Notes under the pieces: model-generated
What the model saw: only the letters and a program-made list of their open reading frames with translations
What the model was told of the DNA's origin: nothing
Databases searched by the model: none
Translations under genes and position numbers: made by a program
DNA from: Actinomycetota bacterium
Lineage (GTDB): Bacteria > Actinomycetota > Acidimicrobiia > IMCC26256 > JACPCJ01
DNA length: 64,000 nucleotides
Assembly: GCA_016179865.1 (NCBI GenBank)
Contig: JACPCJ010000099.1
Span: 3,786-67,785, forward strand
Reading direction: 5' to 3'
Shown here: one piece after another, positions 27,293 to 36,039 of the stretch
How positions within the stretch are numbered: the stretch's first letter is position 1
How the letters are laid out: each line of letters opens with the position of its first letter

Positions 27293-27766
27293 ATGGAGGA
27301 CTTTGTGTTCAAACGCTTGCCCATCCTGATCGCCACCGTGACCGCCCTCGGCCTGCTCGTCGGCCTGCTCGCTGCCTGCGGGAACGACGGCTCCGATCGG
27401 GAGGGGTCGAACATGATGAGCGACATGTCGATGGGCCACGACATGGACATGTCGGGCCGCGACAACTCGCCGTCCACCCGGCCCCCGGCCGAGGGTGCAC
27501 GCGAGATCCAGGTGGTCGCCCGCTCATTCGCCTTCGAGCCGTCCGAGATCGAGGCCAAGGTCGGTGAAGAGCTGGCGGTGAGCCTGACCTCCGCCGACAT
27601 CACCCACGACTTCGTGATCGACGAGCTCGGCGTCCATGTCCAGGCCGACAAAGACGCCGGCGAGACGGGCGGTGTTCGCGCCGACACGGCGGGGTCGTAC
27701 ACGTACTACTGCTCGGTTCCTGGGCACAGAACGGCGGGGATGGAGGGAACCCTGACCGTGGCCTGA
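27293..27766 (+). CDS. Cupredoxin-domain lipoprotein with Met-rich linker
   Basis: Lipobox LAAC, MMSDMSMGHDMDM, HDF..YYCSVPGHRTAGM; start may be GTG a few codons later. Confidence 0.85.
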   Translation: MEDFVFKRLPILIATVTALGLLVGLLAACGNDGSDREGSNMMSDMSMGHDMDMSGRDNSPSTRPPAEGAREIQVVARSFAFEPSEIEAKVGEELAVSLTSADITHDFVIDELGVHVQADKDAGETGGVRADTAGSYTYYCSVPGHRTAGMEGTLTVA

Positions 27767-27789
27767 TCAGGTGGGTGTGTCAAAGGTCT

Positions 27790-27806
27790 CTACCCCCACC
27801 CCCTAT
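27790..27806. promoter_or_regulatory. Putative CsoR operator (ABC operon 1)
   Basis: CTACCCCCACCCCCTAT, 20 nt before ATG 27826. Confidence 0.55.
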
Positions 27807-27825
27807 ATGGCGACAGAGTTGAAGT

Positions 27826-28926
27826 ATGAACCGCGTTCCTTGGGCGCGCCGGAACCTGCTGGCCGAGCCCCGCCGCCTGGTCGCCGGGGTGGCGGGGGTC
27901 GGGCTGGCCCTCATGCTGATTCTCCTGATCGACGGGCTGTGGGCCGGCATGCGCGCTCGCGTCACGGTCTACGAAGACAGCGCCGGGGCCGACCTGTTCG
28001 TCGCCCAGCCCGGAACCCGGAACTTCCTCGGGGCCGTGAGCGTGGTGCCGATCGAGAGCGTCAACACCGTCGCCGCGGATCCCGACGTGAAGTGGGCGGC
28101 GCCGGTTCGGGGGCTGTTCTCGATCCTCGACCTTCACGGCCGGAAGGTCCCCGCCTATCTCATCGGGTCGGAGCCCGGAAGGGAGGGGGGGCCCTGGGAT
28201 CTGGCGTCTGGTCGTCTCCCCCGCTCGAACGAGGAGGCGGTGGTCGGCGCCGTGCTGGCCCGCCGTCATCACCTGGCAGTCGGCGATCCCGTCACCATCC
28301 TGGGCCGTGAGTTCCGGATCGTCGGCACCGCCGGGGGTGCCGACACCTACATGACGTCGTTCGTGTTCGTGACCCACGCCGCCACGGACCAGCTCCTCCG
28401 GGCACCCGGCACGACGAGCTACGTGATTACGCGGACGGACCGTCCCGACGCGGTACGAGCCCGGCTCGCCGCCCAGGGTTTCGCCGTCCTCGACATCGAC
28501 GAGCTGCGGGAGAACGATCTGGCCCTCTCCACCCGGGCGTTCGAGGCCCCGATCCGGATCATCCTCGCCGTGGCCTTCCTCGCCGGCAGCACCGTGATCG
28601 GCCTCACCACGTACACCTCGATCGCGGAGCGGCGCCGCGAGTACGGCATCGTCAAGGCAATGGGGGCGGGCTGGCGCCGGCTCACCTTCGTGGCGCTGGG
28701 TCAGACGATGATGCTGGCCCTCGGTGGTGTCGTCGCCGGTGCGGCGTTCTTCGTGGCGGGGCGCGCGCTCATCGCCTGGACCCGTCCGCAGTTCGCCGTG
28801 GTGCTCACGCCTACGACGGCGCTCCGGGCGGTTGGGGCCGCGCTCCTCATGGGGATCGTCGCCGCGACCGTGCCCGCTCGGCGCCTGGCCCGTCTCGACC
28901 CCGCCACGGCGTACCGGGGCGGATGA
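27826..28926 (+). CDS. MacB/FtsX-family ABC permease
   Basis: ARRNLL, TM1, large external domain, ERRREYGIVKAMGA, C-terminal LARLDPA. Confidence 0.9.
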   Translation: MNRVPWARRNLLAEPRRLVAGVAGVGLALMLILLIDGLWAGMRARVTVYEDSAGADLFVAQPGTRNFLGAVSVVPIESVNTVAADPDVKWAAPVRGLFSILDLHGRKVPAYLIGSEPGREGGPWDLASGRLPRSNEEAVVGAVLARRHHLAVGDPVTILGREFRIVGTAGGADTYMTSFVFVTHAATDQLLRAPGTTSYVITRTDRPDAVRARLAAQGFAVLDIDELRENDLALSTRAFEAPIRIILAVAFLAGSTVIGLTTYTSIAERRREYGIVKAMGAGWRRLTFVALGQTMMLALGGVVAGAAFFVAGRALIAWTRPQFAVVLTPTTALRAVGAALLMGIVAATVPARRLARLDPATAYRGG

Positions 28927-30041
28927 TGGTCGGTCGCGTGCCCCTCGCCCGCCGCAACCTGTTCCAGGACCGTCGCCGCGTGGGCCTCACGGTGCTCGGG
29001 ATCGCTGTGTCGGCGTTGCTCGTCCTCGTGCTGGACGGGATCTTCGCCGGATCGATGCGCCAGGTGACGTCGTACATCCGGTCGTCTCCGGCCGACGTGT
29101 GGGTTTCGCAGCGCAGCGTCCGAACCCTGCACATGTCCAACTCGGCCCTGCCGCCCGAAACCCTGGACGCCGTCCGAGGCGTCCAGGGCGTGGCGTGGGC
29201 CGAGCCGCTCTACTACACGACCAACGTGGTCGAAGCCTCCGACGGGACTCGTCGCCTCACCTACGTGTTCGGCTACGAACCCGAGCCCGGACGGGTCGGG
29301 CCCGTCGAGATCACTCGCGGTCGAGGGCCGCGGTCCGGTGAGGTCGTGATCGACGACGTCACCGCCGACGAGTTGGCGCTTGGCGTCGGGGATCGCGTCT
29401 CGGTCATGGGCCGGAACCTCCGCATCAGCGGGGTGTCGGCGAGGAACACGAACATCATCAACACCATCGTGTTCATTCCCGCCCGGGACTTCCGCGCCGC
29501 CCACGGGGAAGCCGTCAGCTACGTGCTGGCGGGGTCGGAGGAGGGGGCGGCGGCGGACCAGCTCGCGAAGCGAATCGCCGCCGCCGTCCCGGACACCACG
29601 GTGCAGACGCGGAGCGAGTTCACCAGCCAGGAGCGCCGCATCGTGCGAGACATGTCCACAGACATCATCCGGATCATGACCGTCGTGGCACTGCTGATCG
29701 GTCTGGCGGTCGTGGGGCTCTCGCTCCTGGCGCTGACGCTCGCCAAGCAGCGTGAGTACGGCGTCGTTCGGGCGCTCGGCGCCGGGCCCGGGCGCCTCGC
29801 AGCCGGCGTCATAGCCCAGGCCGGGTGGTCGGTGGTCGTTGGCTTCGCCCTGGCCGTGGTCCTGGCGCTGGCCGTGGGTCAAGGGCTCGCCCGCTTCACC
29901 CCCAACGTCCGCGTCGCGTACGAGCTCCCGGCCATCGCGCGCACCTTTGTGCGCCTGCTCCTCATCGGGATGACAGGCGCGCTCGTGCCGCTGCGACGGG
30001 TCCTTCGCATCGATCCCGCTTCGGCGTTCCGAGGGAGTTGA
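28923..30041 (+). CDS. MacB/FtsX-family ABC permease
   Basis: ARRNLF, REYGVVRALGA, RVLRIDPASAFR; paralogue of neighbour. Confidence 0.9.
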   Translation: MMVGRVPLARRNLFQDRRRVGLTVLGIAVSALLVLVLDGIFAGSMRQVTSYIRSSPADVWVSQRSVRTLHMSNSALPPETLDAVRGVQGVAWAEPLYYTTNVVEASDGTRRLTYVFGYEPEPGRVGPVEITRGRGPRSGEVVIDDVTADELALGVGDRVSVMGRNLRISGVSARNTNIINTIVFIPARDFRAAHGEAVSYVLAGSEEGAAADQLAKRIAAAVPDTTVQTRSEFTSQERRIVRDMSTDIIRIMTVVALLIGLAVVGLSLLALTLAKQREYGVVRALGAGPGRLAAGVIAQAGWSVVVGFALAVVLALAVGQGLARFTPNVRVAYELPAIARTFVRLLLIGMTGALVPLRRVLRIDPASAFRGS

Positions 30042-30042
30042 C

Positions 30043-30891
30043 ATGCAGGAATCCGCTGCGCCCGCCGTCCGAGTCCGAGCCCTGACCAAGACCTTCGGGG
30101 AAGGGGAACTTGCCGTCCATGCGGTGCGGGGCGTCGACCTCGACGTGGCCCCGGGCGAGGTCGTCCTCGTCATGGGCCCCTCGGGAAGCGGCAAGACGAC
30201 GCTGCTCCTCATGCTGGGGGCGATGCTGCGACCCACGTCGGGGTCGATCGAGGTCGCCGGCATCGATCTGGCCACCGCTCCCGAGCGCAGCCTTCCTCGA
30301 CTGCGAGCGCGGCACTTCGGCTTCATCTTTCAGGACTTCAATCTGTTGACCGCGCTCTCCGCGCTCGAGAACGTCGAGCTGGCCTGCAACCTCGCCGGGG
30401 CAACGGGGCGGGACGCCAGGCAGCGCGCGCAGGGGCTGCTCGAGCGGGTCAACCTTGGACACCGCCTCCGCCACCATCCCGACGAGCTGTCGGGCGGCGA
30501 GAAGCAGCGCGTCGCCGTCGCACGCGCCCTCGTCAACGATCCCGCCCTGCTCCTGGCCGACGAGCCGACGGCAAACCTCGACTCGAGTCACGGCCAGGAA
30601 GTGGCGCGGCTGATCCGGCGCCTGGCGGTCGAGGACGGGCGCAGCGTGGTGATCGTGAGTCATGACGAACGCCTGCGCGAGGTGGCCGACCGGACCTTCT
30701 GGCTCGAGGACGGCCGCTTCGTCCAGCTGTCGGCGTTGTCCACCGACCCCGTGTGCGGGATGGAGGTCCGTGAGGACGCCCGCTGGCACTGGCGGGCGGA
30801 CGGCCACGTCTGGCGCTTCTGCTCCCCCGAGTGCCGCGACGAATTCGCGACGAGCCCGGGGAGGTTTGCCAGTCGATCACTCCACGATTAG
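30043..30891 (+). CDS. LolD/MacB-type ABC ATPase with C-terminal YHS/TRASH domain
   Basis: [29 protein letters not shown]; tail DPVCGM..FCSPEC..F..P..F. Confidence 0.92.
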   Translation: MQESAAPAVRVRALTKTFGEGELAVHAVRGVDLDVAPGEVVLVMGPSGSGKTTLLLMLGAMLRPTSGSIEVAGIDLATAPERSLPRLRARHFGFIFQDFNLLTALSALENVELACNLAGATGRDARQRAQGLLERVNLGHRLRHHPDELSGGEKQRVAVARALVNDPALLLADEPTANLDSSHGQEVARLIRRLAVEDGRSVVIVSHDERLREVADRTFWLEDGRFVQLSALSTDPVCGMEVREDARWHWRADGHVWRFCSPECRDEFATSPGRFASRSLHD

Positions 30892-30892
30892 G

Positions 30893-30909
30893 ATACCCCT
30901 ATACCCTAT
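30893..30909. promoter_or_regulatory. Putative CsoR operator (csoR-copZ operon)
   Basis: ATACCCCTATACCCTAT, 20 nt before the csoR ATG. Confidence 0.65.
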
Positions 30910-30929
30910 ATGGAAGACTAGGAGGGGGA

Positions 30930-31211
30930 ATGCCCGGGTACACGATGAACAAGCAGGACTTCCACAACCGGCTCCGCAGAATCGAGGGCCAGGTTCGCGG
31001 CCTCCAGCGGATGATCGAGGAGGACCAGTACTGCATCGACGTGCTCACGCAGGTGGCGTCGGTCACCCGGGCGCTGCAAGGGGTGGCGATGGGCCTGCTG
31101 GACGAGCACGTCCGGCACTGCGTGGCCGACGCCGTCAAGCAAGGGAAACGTGAGGGGGACGTCAAAATCACCGAGGCCATCAAGGCCGTGGAAAGGCTGG
31201 TGAAGACATGA
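30930..31211 (+). CDS. csoR: Copper-sensing repressor CsoR
   Basis: RLRRIEGQVRG..YCIDVLTQ..HVRHCV (Cys, His, Cys ligands); GGAGG upstream. Confidence 0.92.
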   Translation: MPGYTMNKQDFHNRLRRIEGQVRGLQRMIEEDQYCIDVLTQVASVTRALQGVAMGLLDEHVRHCVADAVKQGKREGDVKITEAIKAVERLVKT

Positions 31212-31417
31212 GCGAACCCAGGAAATACTCCGTCCCCGAGATCTCCTGCGGCCACTGCAAGTCGTCCATCGAGGGCGAGGTCGGCAAGGTGGCCGGCGTC
31301 ACCCGGGTGGAGGTCGACATCGACGCCAAGACGGTCGAGGTCGAGGGTGAGGCCAGCGAGGCCGACGTCTTTGCCGCCATCGACGAGGCCGGCTACGAGG
31401 TCGCGGGGGCCGTGTGA
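31208..31417 (+). CDS. copZ: Copper chaperone (HMA domain)
   Basis: ISCGHCKSSI..AIDEAGY. Confidence 0.9.
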   Translation: MSEPRKYSVPEISCGHCKSSIEGEVGKVAGVTRVEVDIDAKTVEVEGEASEADVFAAIDEAGYEVAGAV

Positions 31418-32067
31418 CCGAGGCGTCGACGCGGGAACACACCTTCGCATTCGTCGACCTCGCCGGCTTCACCGCCCTCACCGAGGCGCACGGCGACGAG
31501 GACGCCGTCGCCCTGCTGACCCGGTTCGAAAAGCTCGTCGCCACCTCGTTGGGTGACGACGACATCCTCGTGAAAACGATCGGCGACGCCGTGATGGTCG
31601 CGGCGCCGTCTCCAGATTCCGGGCTCTCGTTCACGGTGCGGCTGTTCGAAGCCAGTCACGGCGAACCCGACTTTCCGGTGCTTCGCGCCGGCCTCCACCA
31701 CGGCCCCGCCGTCGAGCGGAACGGCGACTGGTTCGGAGCCTCCGTCAACCTCGCCGCCCGCGTCGCCGCCCAGGCCCACGCCGGCCAGACGCTGGTGACC
31801 GACACGGTCGTCCCGGCCGCGCACGACGCCGGGATCGAGGTCGTCGACCTCGGCGAGTTCGACCTCCGCAACATCGCCGAACCCGTCCACCTGTGGGAGG
31901 TGCTCGCCTCCCCCGCCCATGACCAGGCCGGCGTCGATCCGGTGTGCCGGATGCGGGTGTGGCGAGAGGAATCGGCGGGCCGGCTCCGCCACCAGAACGC
32001 CGACTACTGGTTTTGCTCCCTCGACTGCGCGGCCCAGTTCGCCGCCGACCCCGCCCGGTTCTCGTAG
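31414..32067 (+). CDS. Class III adenylate cyclase with C-terminal YHS/TRASH domain
   Basis: FVDLAGFT, VKTIGDAVM, GDWFGASVNLAARV; tail DPVCRM..YWFCSLDC..FAADPARF. Confidence 0.9.
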   Translation: MTEASTREHTFAFVDLAGFTALTEAHGDEDAVALLTRFEKLVATSLGDDDILVKTIGDAVMVAAPSPDSGLSFTVRLFEASHGEPDFPVLRAGLHHGPAVERNGDWFGASVNLAARVAAQAHAGQTLVTDTVVPAAHDAGIEVVDLGEFDLRNIAEPVHLWEVLASPAHDQAGVDPVCRMRVWREESAGRLRHQNADYWFCSLDCAAQFAADPARFS

Positions 32068-32088
32068 AGGCCACGGAAGGGGACGGGC

Positions 32089-33207
32089 GTGGGCGTCGGA
32101 ACCAGCATCGCCTGGCGCAACCTGGCCCGCGAGCGGACGCGGCTCGCCATCTCGGCCGGGGGCGTGGCCCTCGCCGTCATGCTCATCCTCCTCCTGCGGG
32201 GGCTCTACGTCGGGATCACCGATCAGGCCACCCGGTACATCCACAGCGTCGGCGCCGACCTGTGGGTGGCACAGGACGGGACGCCAGGCGACTTCTTCCA
32301 CTCGGTGTCGATCATCCCCGAGACCGCCGAAGAACAGATCCAGTCCGTCGACGGTGTCGAGGAGGTCGTCCCGCTCCTGAGCCTGCCAGTCGTCTTCCGC
32401 CTCGGTTCGCAGGAGGTCGACTTCCGCCTCATGGGCGTCGACCCGGTGTCGGGCGTGGGAGGGCCGCCGGGAGTCTCGGCGGGGCGACGGACGCCCGGGC
32501 CGGGCGAGATCGTGGTGGACCGGGTCTTCGCCGACAACCACGGCGTGGACCTCGGTGACGTGCTGGACGTGCGCGGGCTCTCGCTGCGGGTGGTGGGGAT
32601 CGCCCGAGGCGGGAACGCAGTGATCTCGCAGTTCGCCTGGGCGAGCCTGCCCGACACGCGCCCGCTCCTCGGCGCCGAGGGAGTAGTCAACTACTTCGTC
32701 GTCCAAACCGGCGGGGGCCCGCCGGAGGAGGTCGGGGACCGGATCACGACCGGCGTCCCCGGGGTCCAGGCCCTCACCGAGGACGAGTTCACGGACAGGA
32801 ACACCGCCGACCTCCGGGAGGGGTTCCTTCCCATCCTCTGGGTGCTGGTGGTCATCGCCCTCGCCATCGGTGTCGCCGTGATCGGGCTCACCATCTACAC
32901 CGCCACGGTCGAGAAGTCGCGGGAGTACGGGGTGCTGAAGGCCGTGGGCTTCTCCAACCGCACGCTCTACGGCATCGTGTTCCAGCAGTCGCTGACGTCG
33001 GGGGCGCTGGGCTTCCTGCTCGGTACCGTCCTCAGCCTCGTGGTGGCCTCGGGCGTCGAACGGCTCATCCCCTCCTTCGCCACTTCCATCCGAGCCGGCG
33101 ACGTGGGGCTGGCGGCCGTCGCCGCCCTCGCCATGGCCCTCGTGTCGTCGTTCGTCCCCGTTCGGCCCGTGGCCCGCGTCGACCCCGCCCAGGTGTTTCG
33201 GGCATGA
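32089..33207 (+). CDS. MacB/FtsX-family ABC permease
   Basis: AWRNLAR, EKSREYGVLKAVG, VARVDPAQVFR. Confidence 0.9.
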   Translation: MGVGTSIAWRNLARERTRLAISAGGVALAVMLILLLRGLYVGITDQATRYIHSVGADLWVAQDGTPGDFFHSVSIIPETAEEQIQSVDGVEEVVPLLSLPVVFRLGSQEVDFRLMGVDPVSGVGGPPGVSAGRRTPGPGEIVVDRVFADNHGVDLGDVLDVRGLSLRVVGIARGGNAVISQFAWASLPDTRPLLGAEGVVNYFVVQTGGGPPEEVGDRITTGVPGVQALTEDEFTDRNTADLREGFLPILWVLVVIALAIGVAVIGLTIYTATVEKSREYGVLKAVGFSNRTLYGIVFQQSLTSGALGFLLGTVLSLVVASGVERLIPSFATSIRAGDVGLAAVAALAMALVSSFVPVRPVARVDPAQVFRA

Positions 33208-34058
33208 GCGCTCGAAGCGACGCCGCGCTCCGCCTGGGGTCGATCACCAAGGTCTACGGAGAGGGCGAGGCGGCGGTGACCGCGGTCCGAGACGCCTCCC
33301 TCGTCGTCACCCCGGGCCAGTTCGTCATCGTGATGGGCCCGTCGGGGTCAGGCAAGACCACTCTGCTGTCGATCTGCGGAGCGCTCCTGCGGCCCACGGC
33401 CGGGCAGGTGTGGGTCGGCGGCACGGATATCACCGCCCTCACCGAGCGCGAGCTTCCCGGCCTCCGCCTCCGGCGGATGGGGTTCGTGTTCCAGAACTTC
33501 AACCTCCTCGCCAACCTCACCGCGAGGGAAAACGTCCGCATCGTCATCGAGGCCAACGGAGTGCGGAGGTCGGCGGCGGACGCCCGGGCCCGAGAGTTGC
33601 TCGGCCAGCTCCGGATGACCCACCGGCTCGACGCGTTGCCCGATCAGCTTTCCGGCGGGGAGAGGCAACGGGTGGCGATCGCGCGCGCCCTCGCCAACGA
33701 CCCGCCGCTCATCCTCGCCGACGAGCCCACCGGCAACCTCGACTCGAAGACGGGCTACCAGGCCATGCACATGCTGGAGCTGCTCGCCAAGGAGCACGGC
33801 AAGACCGTGATCGCCGTCACCCACGACCACCGGGTCCAGGACGTCGCCGACCTGATGCTCTGGCTGGAGGATGGCGTCCTCTCGGAGCGCCCTCCGGAGG
33901 AAGCCGAGCTGGCGCGCGATCCAGTGTGCGGGATGGTCATCAACGCCCTCCGGGCAGCCGGCCGGCGAGAACGGGACGGCGAGCCCTTGTCGTTCTGCTC
34001 CGAAATCTGCCTCGAACGGTTCGACCGAGAGGCGGCCCGGTACCCCTCGCCCGAGTGA
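33204..34058 (+). CDS. LolD/MacB-type ABC ATPase with C-terminal YHS/TRASH domain
   Basis: [25 protein letters not shown]; tail DPVCGM..FCSEIC..F. Confidence 0.92.
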   Translation: MSARSDAALRLGSITKVYGEGEAAVTAVRDASLVVTPGQFVIVMGPSGSGKTTLLSICGALLRPTAGQVWVGGTDITALTERELPGLRLRRMGFVFQNFNLLANLTARENVRIVIEANGVRRSAADARARELLGQLRMTHRLDALPDQLSGGERQRVAIARALANDPPLILADEPTGNLDSKTGYQAMHMLELLAKEHGKTVIAVTHDHRVQDVADLMLWLEDGVLSERPPEEAELARDPVCGMVINALRAAGRRERDGEPLSFCSEICLERFDREAARYPSPE

Positions 34059-34144
34059 CCCGAGTCGGGATCGCCGCCCCGCATTCCTGGCCCGAAATCT
34101 TCCGGCGGGGCCGCAACGAAGAACCCAAGAACGGAGATTCCCCG

Positions 34145-35506
34145 TCAGGTCGCCGGAACCACCATCTCCCGGAGCACCCGCACGATCACCCGATGGTGGA
34201 CGTCGGTCGAGGTGGTCCAGGAGAAGCCCGGGGCCTCGGGCCGGGCCCAGGTCAGGGTGAAGTTCTGGTCGACGTCGACCGACTCGCCGTACACGGCCCC
34301 CGTGAAGTGCTTCAGGTTCCGGAAGACCACGGGCCCGTTGGGGGCGAAGAGCAGCACGTGAATGGAGTCGGCGATGGTGACGTTGCCGCTCATCTCGATC
34401 CCCTCTTCGGACGTCGAGATGATGACGAGGTTCAGGGTGTCGGACCCGGCGTTGGTTACCTCCTTGTTGAGGCTGATCTTGCCGTCGCTCACGATGGTGA
34501 CGTCGGCATCCATCTTCCATTTGACGTCGAAGCTCATGGGGAGCGAGCTGGTGATCCGGTGGTGGCCGTTGAAGGGGATGCCCGTGAGCGCCTTGGCCGA
34601 CCAGTCGGTGTAGAAGGCCGTGGTCGACGACCAGGTCGACGGGGTGGGCGAGTAGTTCGAGGAGTTCCACGTAAAGGTGGGCAAGGTCTCCACCCGCACC
34701 GGTGGTGGCGGCGAGTTGGGCGCCAGGCTGCCGTCGACCCGGCCCGAGCTGCCAACGGAGATCGACCCGCCCGCCTGGACGTTCCCGACCACGTGGGCAT
34801 TCACGGCGCACGCACCGCCGGCGAACACACTCCCCTGCACCGTCGTGGCCGAGTTGTTGAGCGTCACGTTCTCGCCGGCGCGGACGTCGCCGGCGATGAG
34901 CGAGTTGTTGTTGGTGGTCACGAACTTCGGGCTCACCACGTCGCCCTGGACGTCGGAGTTGTTGTAAAGGGTGATGCCGTCGGTGCTGTACAGGTCGCCG
35001 TTGACGGTCAGATGGTTGTCGCCCGTGACGGTTCCGGCCCCGGCGAACAGCGCGAAGTCGAACCCGTCGGTCGTCTCGAGGTCGACCTCGGCTTCGAGCC
35101 GGCGCACGCACGGATTGGGTGAAGTACGGCTGGGGGCGTAGCCCGTGGCCACGATCTGGCGGCGGAGGTCGTCGGGGTCGCCGGTGTTGATCGGAGTGAC
35201 CTCGATGTCGTACTCGCCCGTCTTGGCGGCCAGGGTGCCGGTCCCCCCCGCGTACGCCGAGTCGATGGTGAGTTCGCTCATGGCAGCGTTGATCCCCGCT
35301 TCGGCAGCGTTGAGCGTCTGCTCCCTGCACCGCTCGTAGCTGGAGAGCTGGACGTCGTGGACCCCGATCTGGGCCCACGTGGCCCCGAGGAGGAACACGA
35401 TCGACGACACGAAGACGGCGGTCGGCACCCCGACGCCGCGCTCGTCAGCGACGAGCCCGGGCACGGCCCTTCCGACGCGGGCGCGCCAGTTCAGCAGTCG
35501 CGCCAT
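34145..35506 (-). CDS. PilX-like minor pilin with repetitive beta-rich domain
   Basis: DERG then hydrophobic helix, AAEAG motif; repeated V.GD(V/L) units. Confidence 0.7.
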   Translation of the reverse strand: MARLLNWRARVGRAVPGLVADERGVGVPTAVFVSSIVFLLGATWAQIGVHDVQLSSYERCREQTLNAAEAGINAAMSELTIDSAYAGGTGTLAAKTGEYDIEVTPINTGDPDDLRRQIVATGYAPSRTSPNPCVRRLEAEVDLETTDGFDFALFAGAGTVTGDNHLTVNGDLYSTDGITLYNNSDVQGDVVSPKFVTTNNNSLIAGDVRAGENVTLNNSATTVQGSVFAGGACAVNAHVVGNVQAGGSISVGSSGRVDGSLAPNSPPPPVRVETLPTFTWNSSNYSPTPSTWSSTTAFYTDWSAKALTGIPFNGHHRITSSLPMSFDVKWKMDADVTIVSDGKISLNKEVTNAGSDTLNLVIISTSEEGIEMSGNVTIADSIHVLLFAPNGPVVFRNLKHFTGAVYGESVDVDQNFTLTWARPEAPGFSWTTSTDVHHRVIVRVLREMVVPAT

Positions 35507-36039
35507 GCGTTCCTCCCCGTGACGCTGGTCTCGATCGTCCGGCGGTCGTGCCCGCCGGGCTCGACCGCGAGCACGATGTCGAGTCGCCGGCGGGTCTCCT
35601 CAGTGAGGGTGAAGCTGGACGCGGCGTCGACGAGGTCGCTCGCCACCGTCTCGTCGACGCCCAGCTCCGTGCGGTAGAGGGTCCCACCTTCCACCCGGTA
35701 GGTGACCTCGGCCGAGCCGCCCCCCACCCGCGTCTTGAAGCGCGCCCGCGACCCGGTTGCCGAGCCGCCGCTCGTGGTGACGACGGGTTCGTACACACAC
35801 TCCGCGGAGCGGAACTCCCGCTCGATGCGGGCCACGGCCACCCGGAGCTCGTCGATCCCTCGGGACTGAAACGTCACGTTGGCGGTGGCGCGGTAGTTCG
35901 TGACGAGCACCGAGCCCAGGGATGCTCCGGCGATGACCATCAGGCTGCTGGCGATGACCACCTCGGCGAGGCTGAAGCCCCGCTCGTCCCGGGCCGAGCA
36001 GGCCAGCCGGCGGCGCAGCCGGAGCCATCCCGCCGTCAT
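35491..36039 (-). CDS. Type IV prepilin-like protein
   Basis: DERGFSLAEVVIAS class III signal (G|F...E5). Confidence 0.8.
   Translation of the reverse strand: MTAGWLRLRRRLACSARDERGFSLAEVVIASSLMVIAGASLGSVLVTNYRATANVTFQSRGIDELRVAVARIEREFRSAECVYEPVVTTSGGSATGSRARFKTRVGGGSAEVTYRVEGGTLYRTELGVDETVASDLVDAASSFTLTEETRRRLDIVLAVEPGGHDRRTIETSVTGRNAWRDC

Noticed and set aside
21441-34140. Integrative element at tRNA-Ser(CGA) carrying the copper genes
   Set aside because: No integrase and no duplicated tRNA 3' end found in the window
34081-34140. Degenerate palindrome between convergent genes
   Set aside because: Arm pairing is too weak to assign to a family or call a terminator
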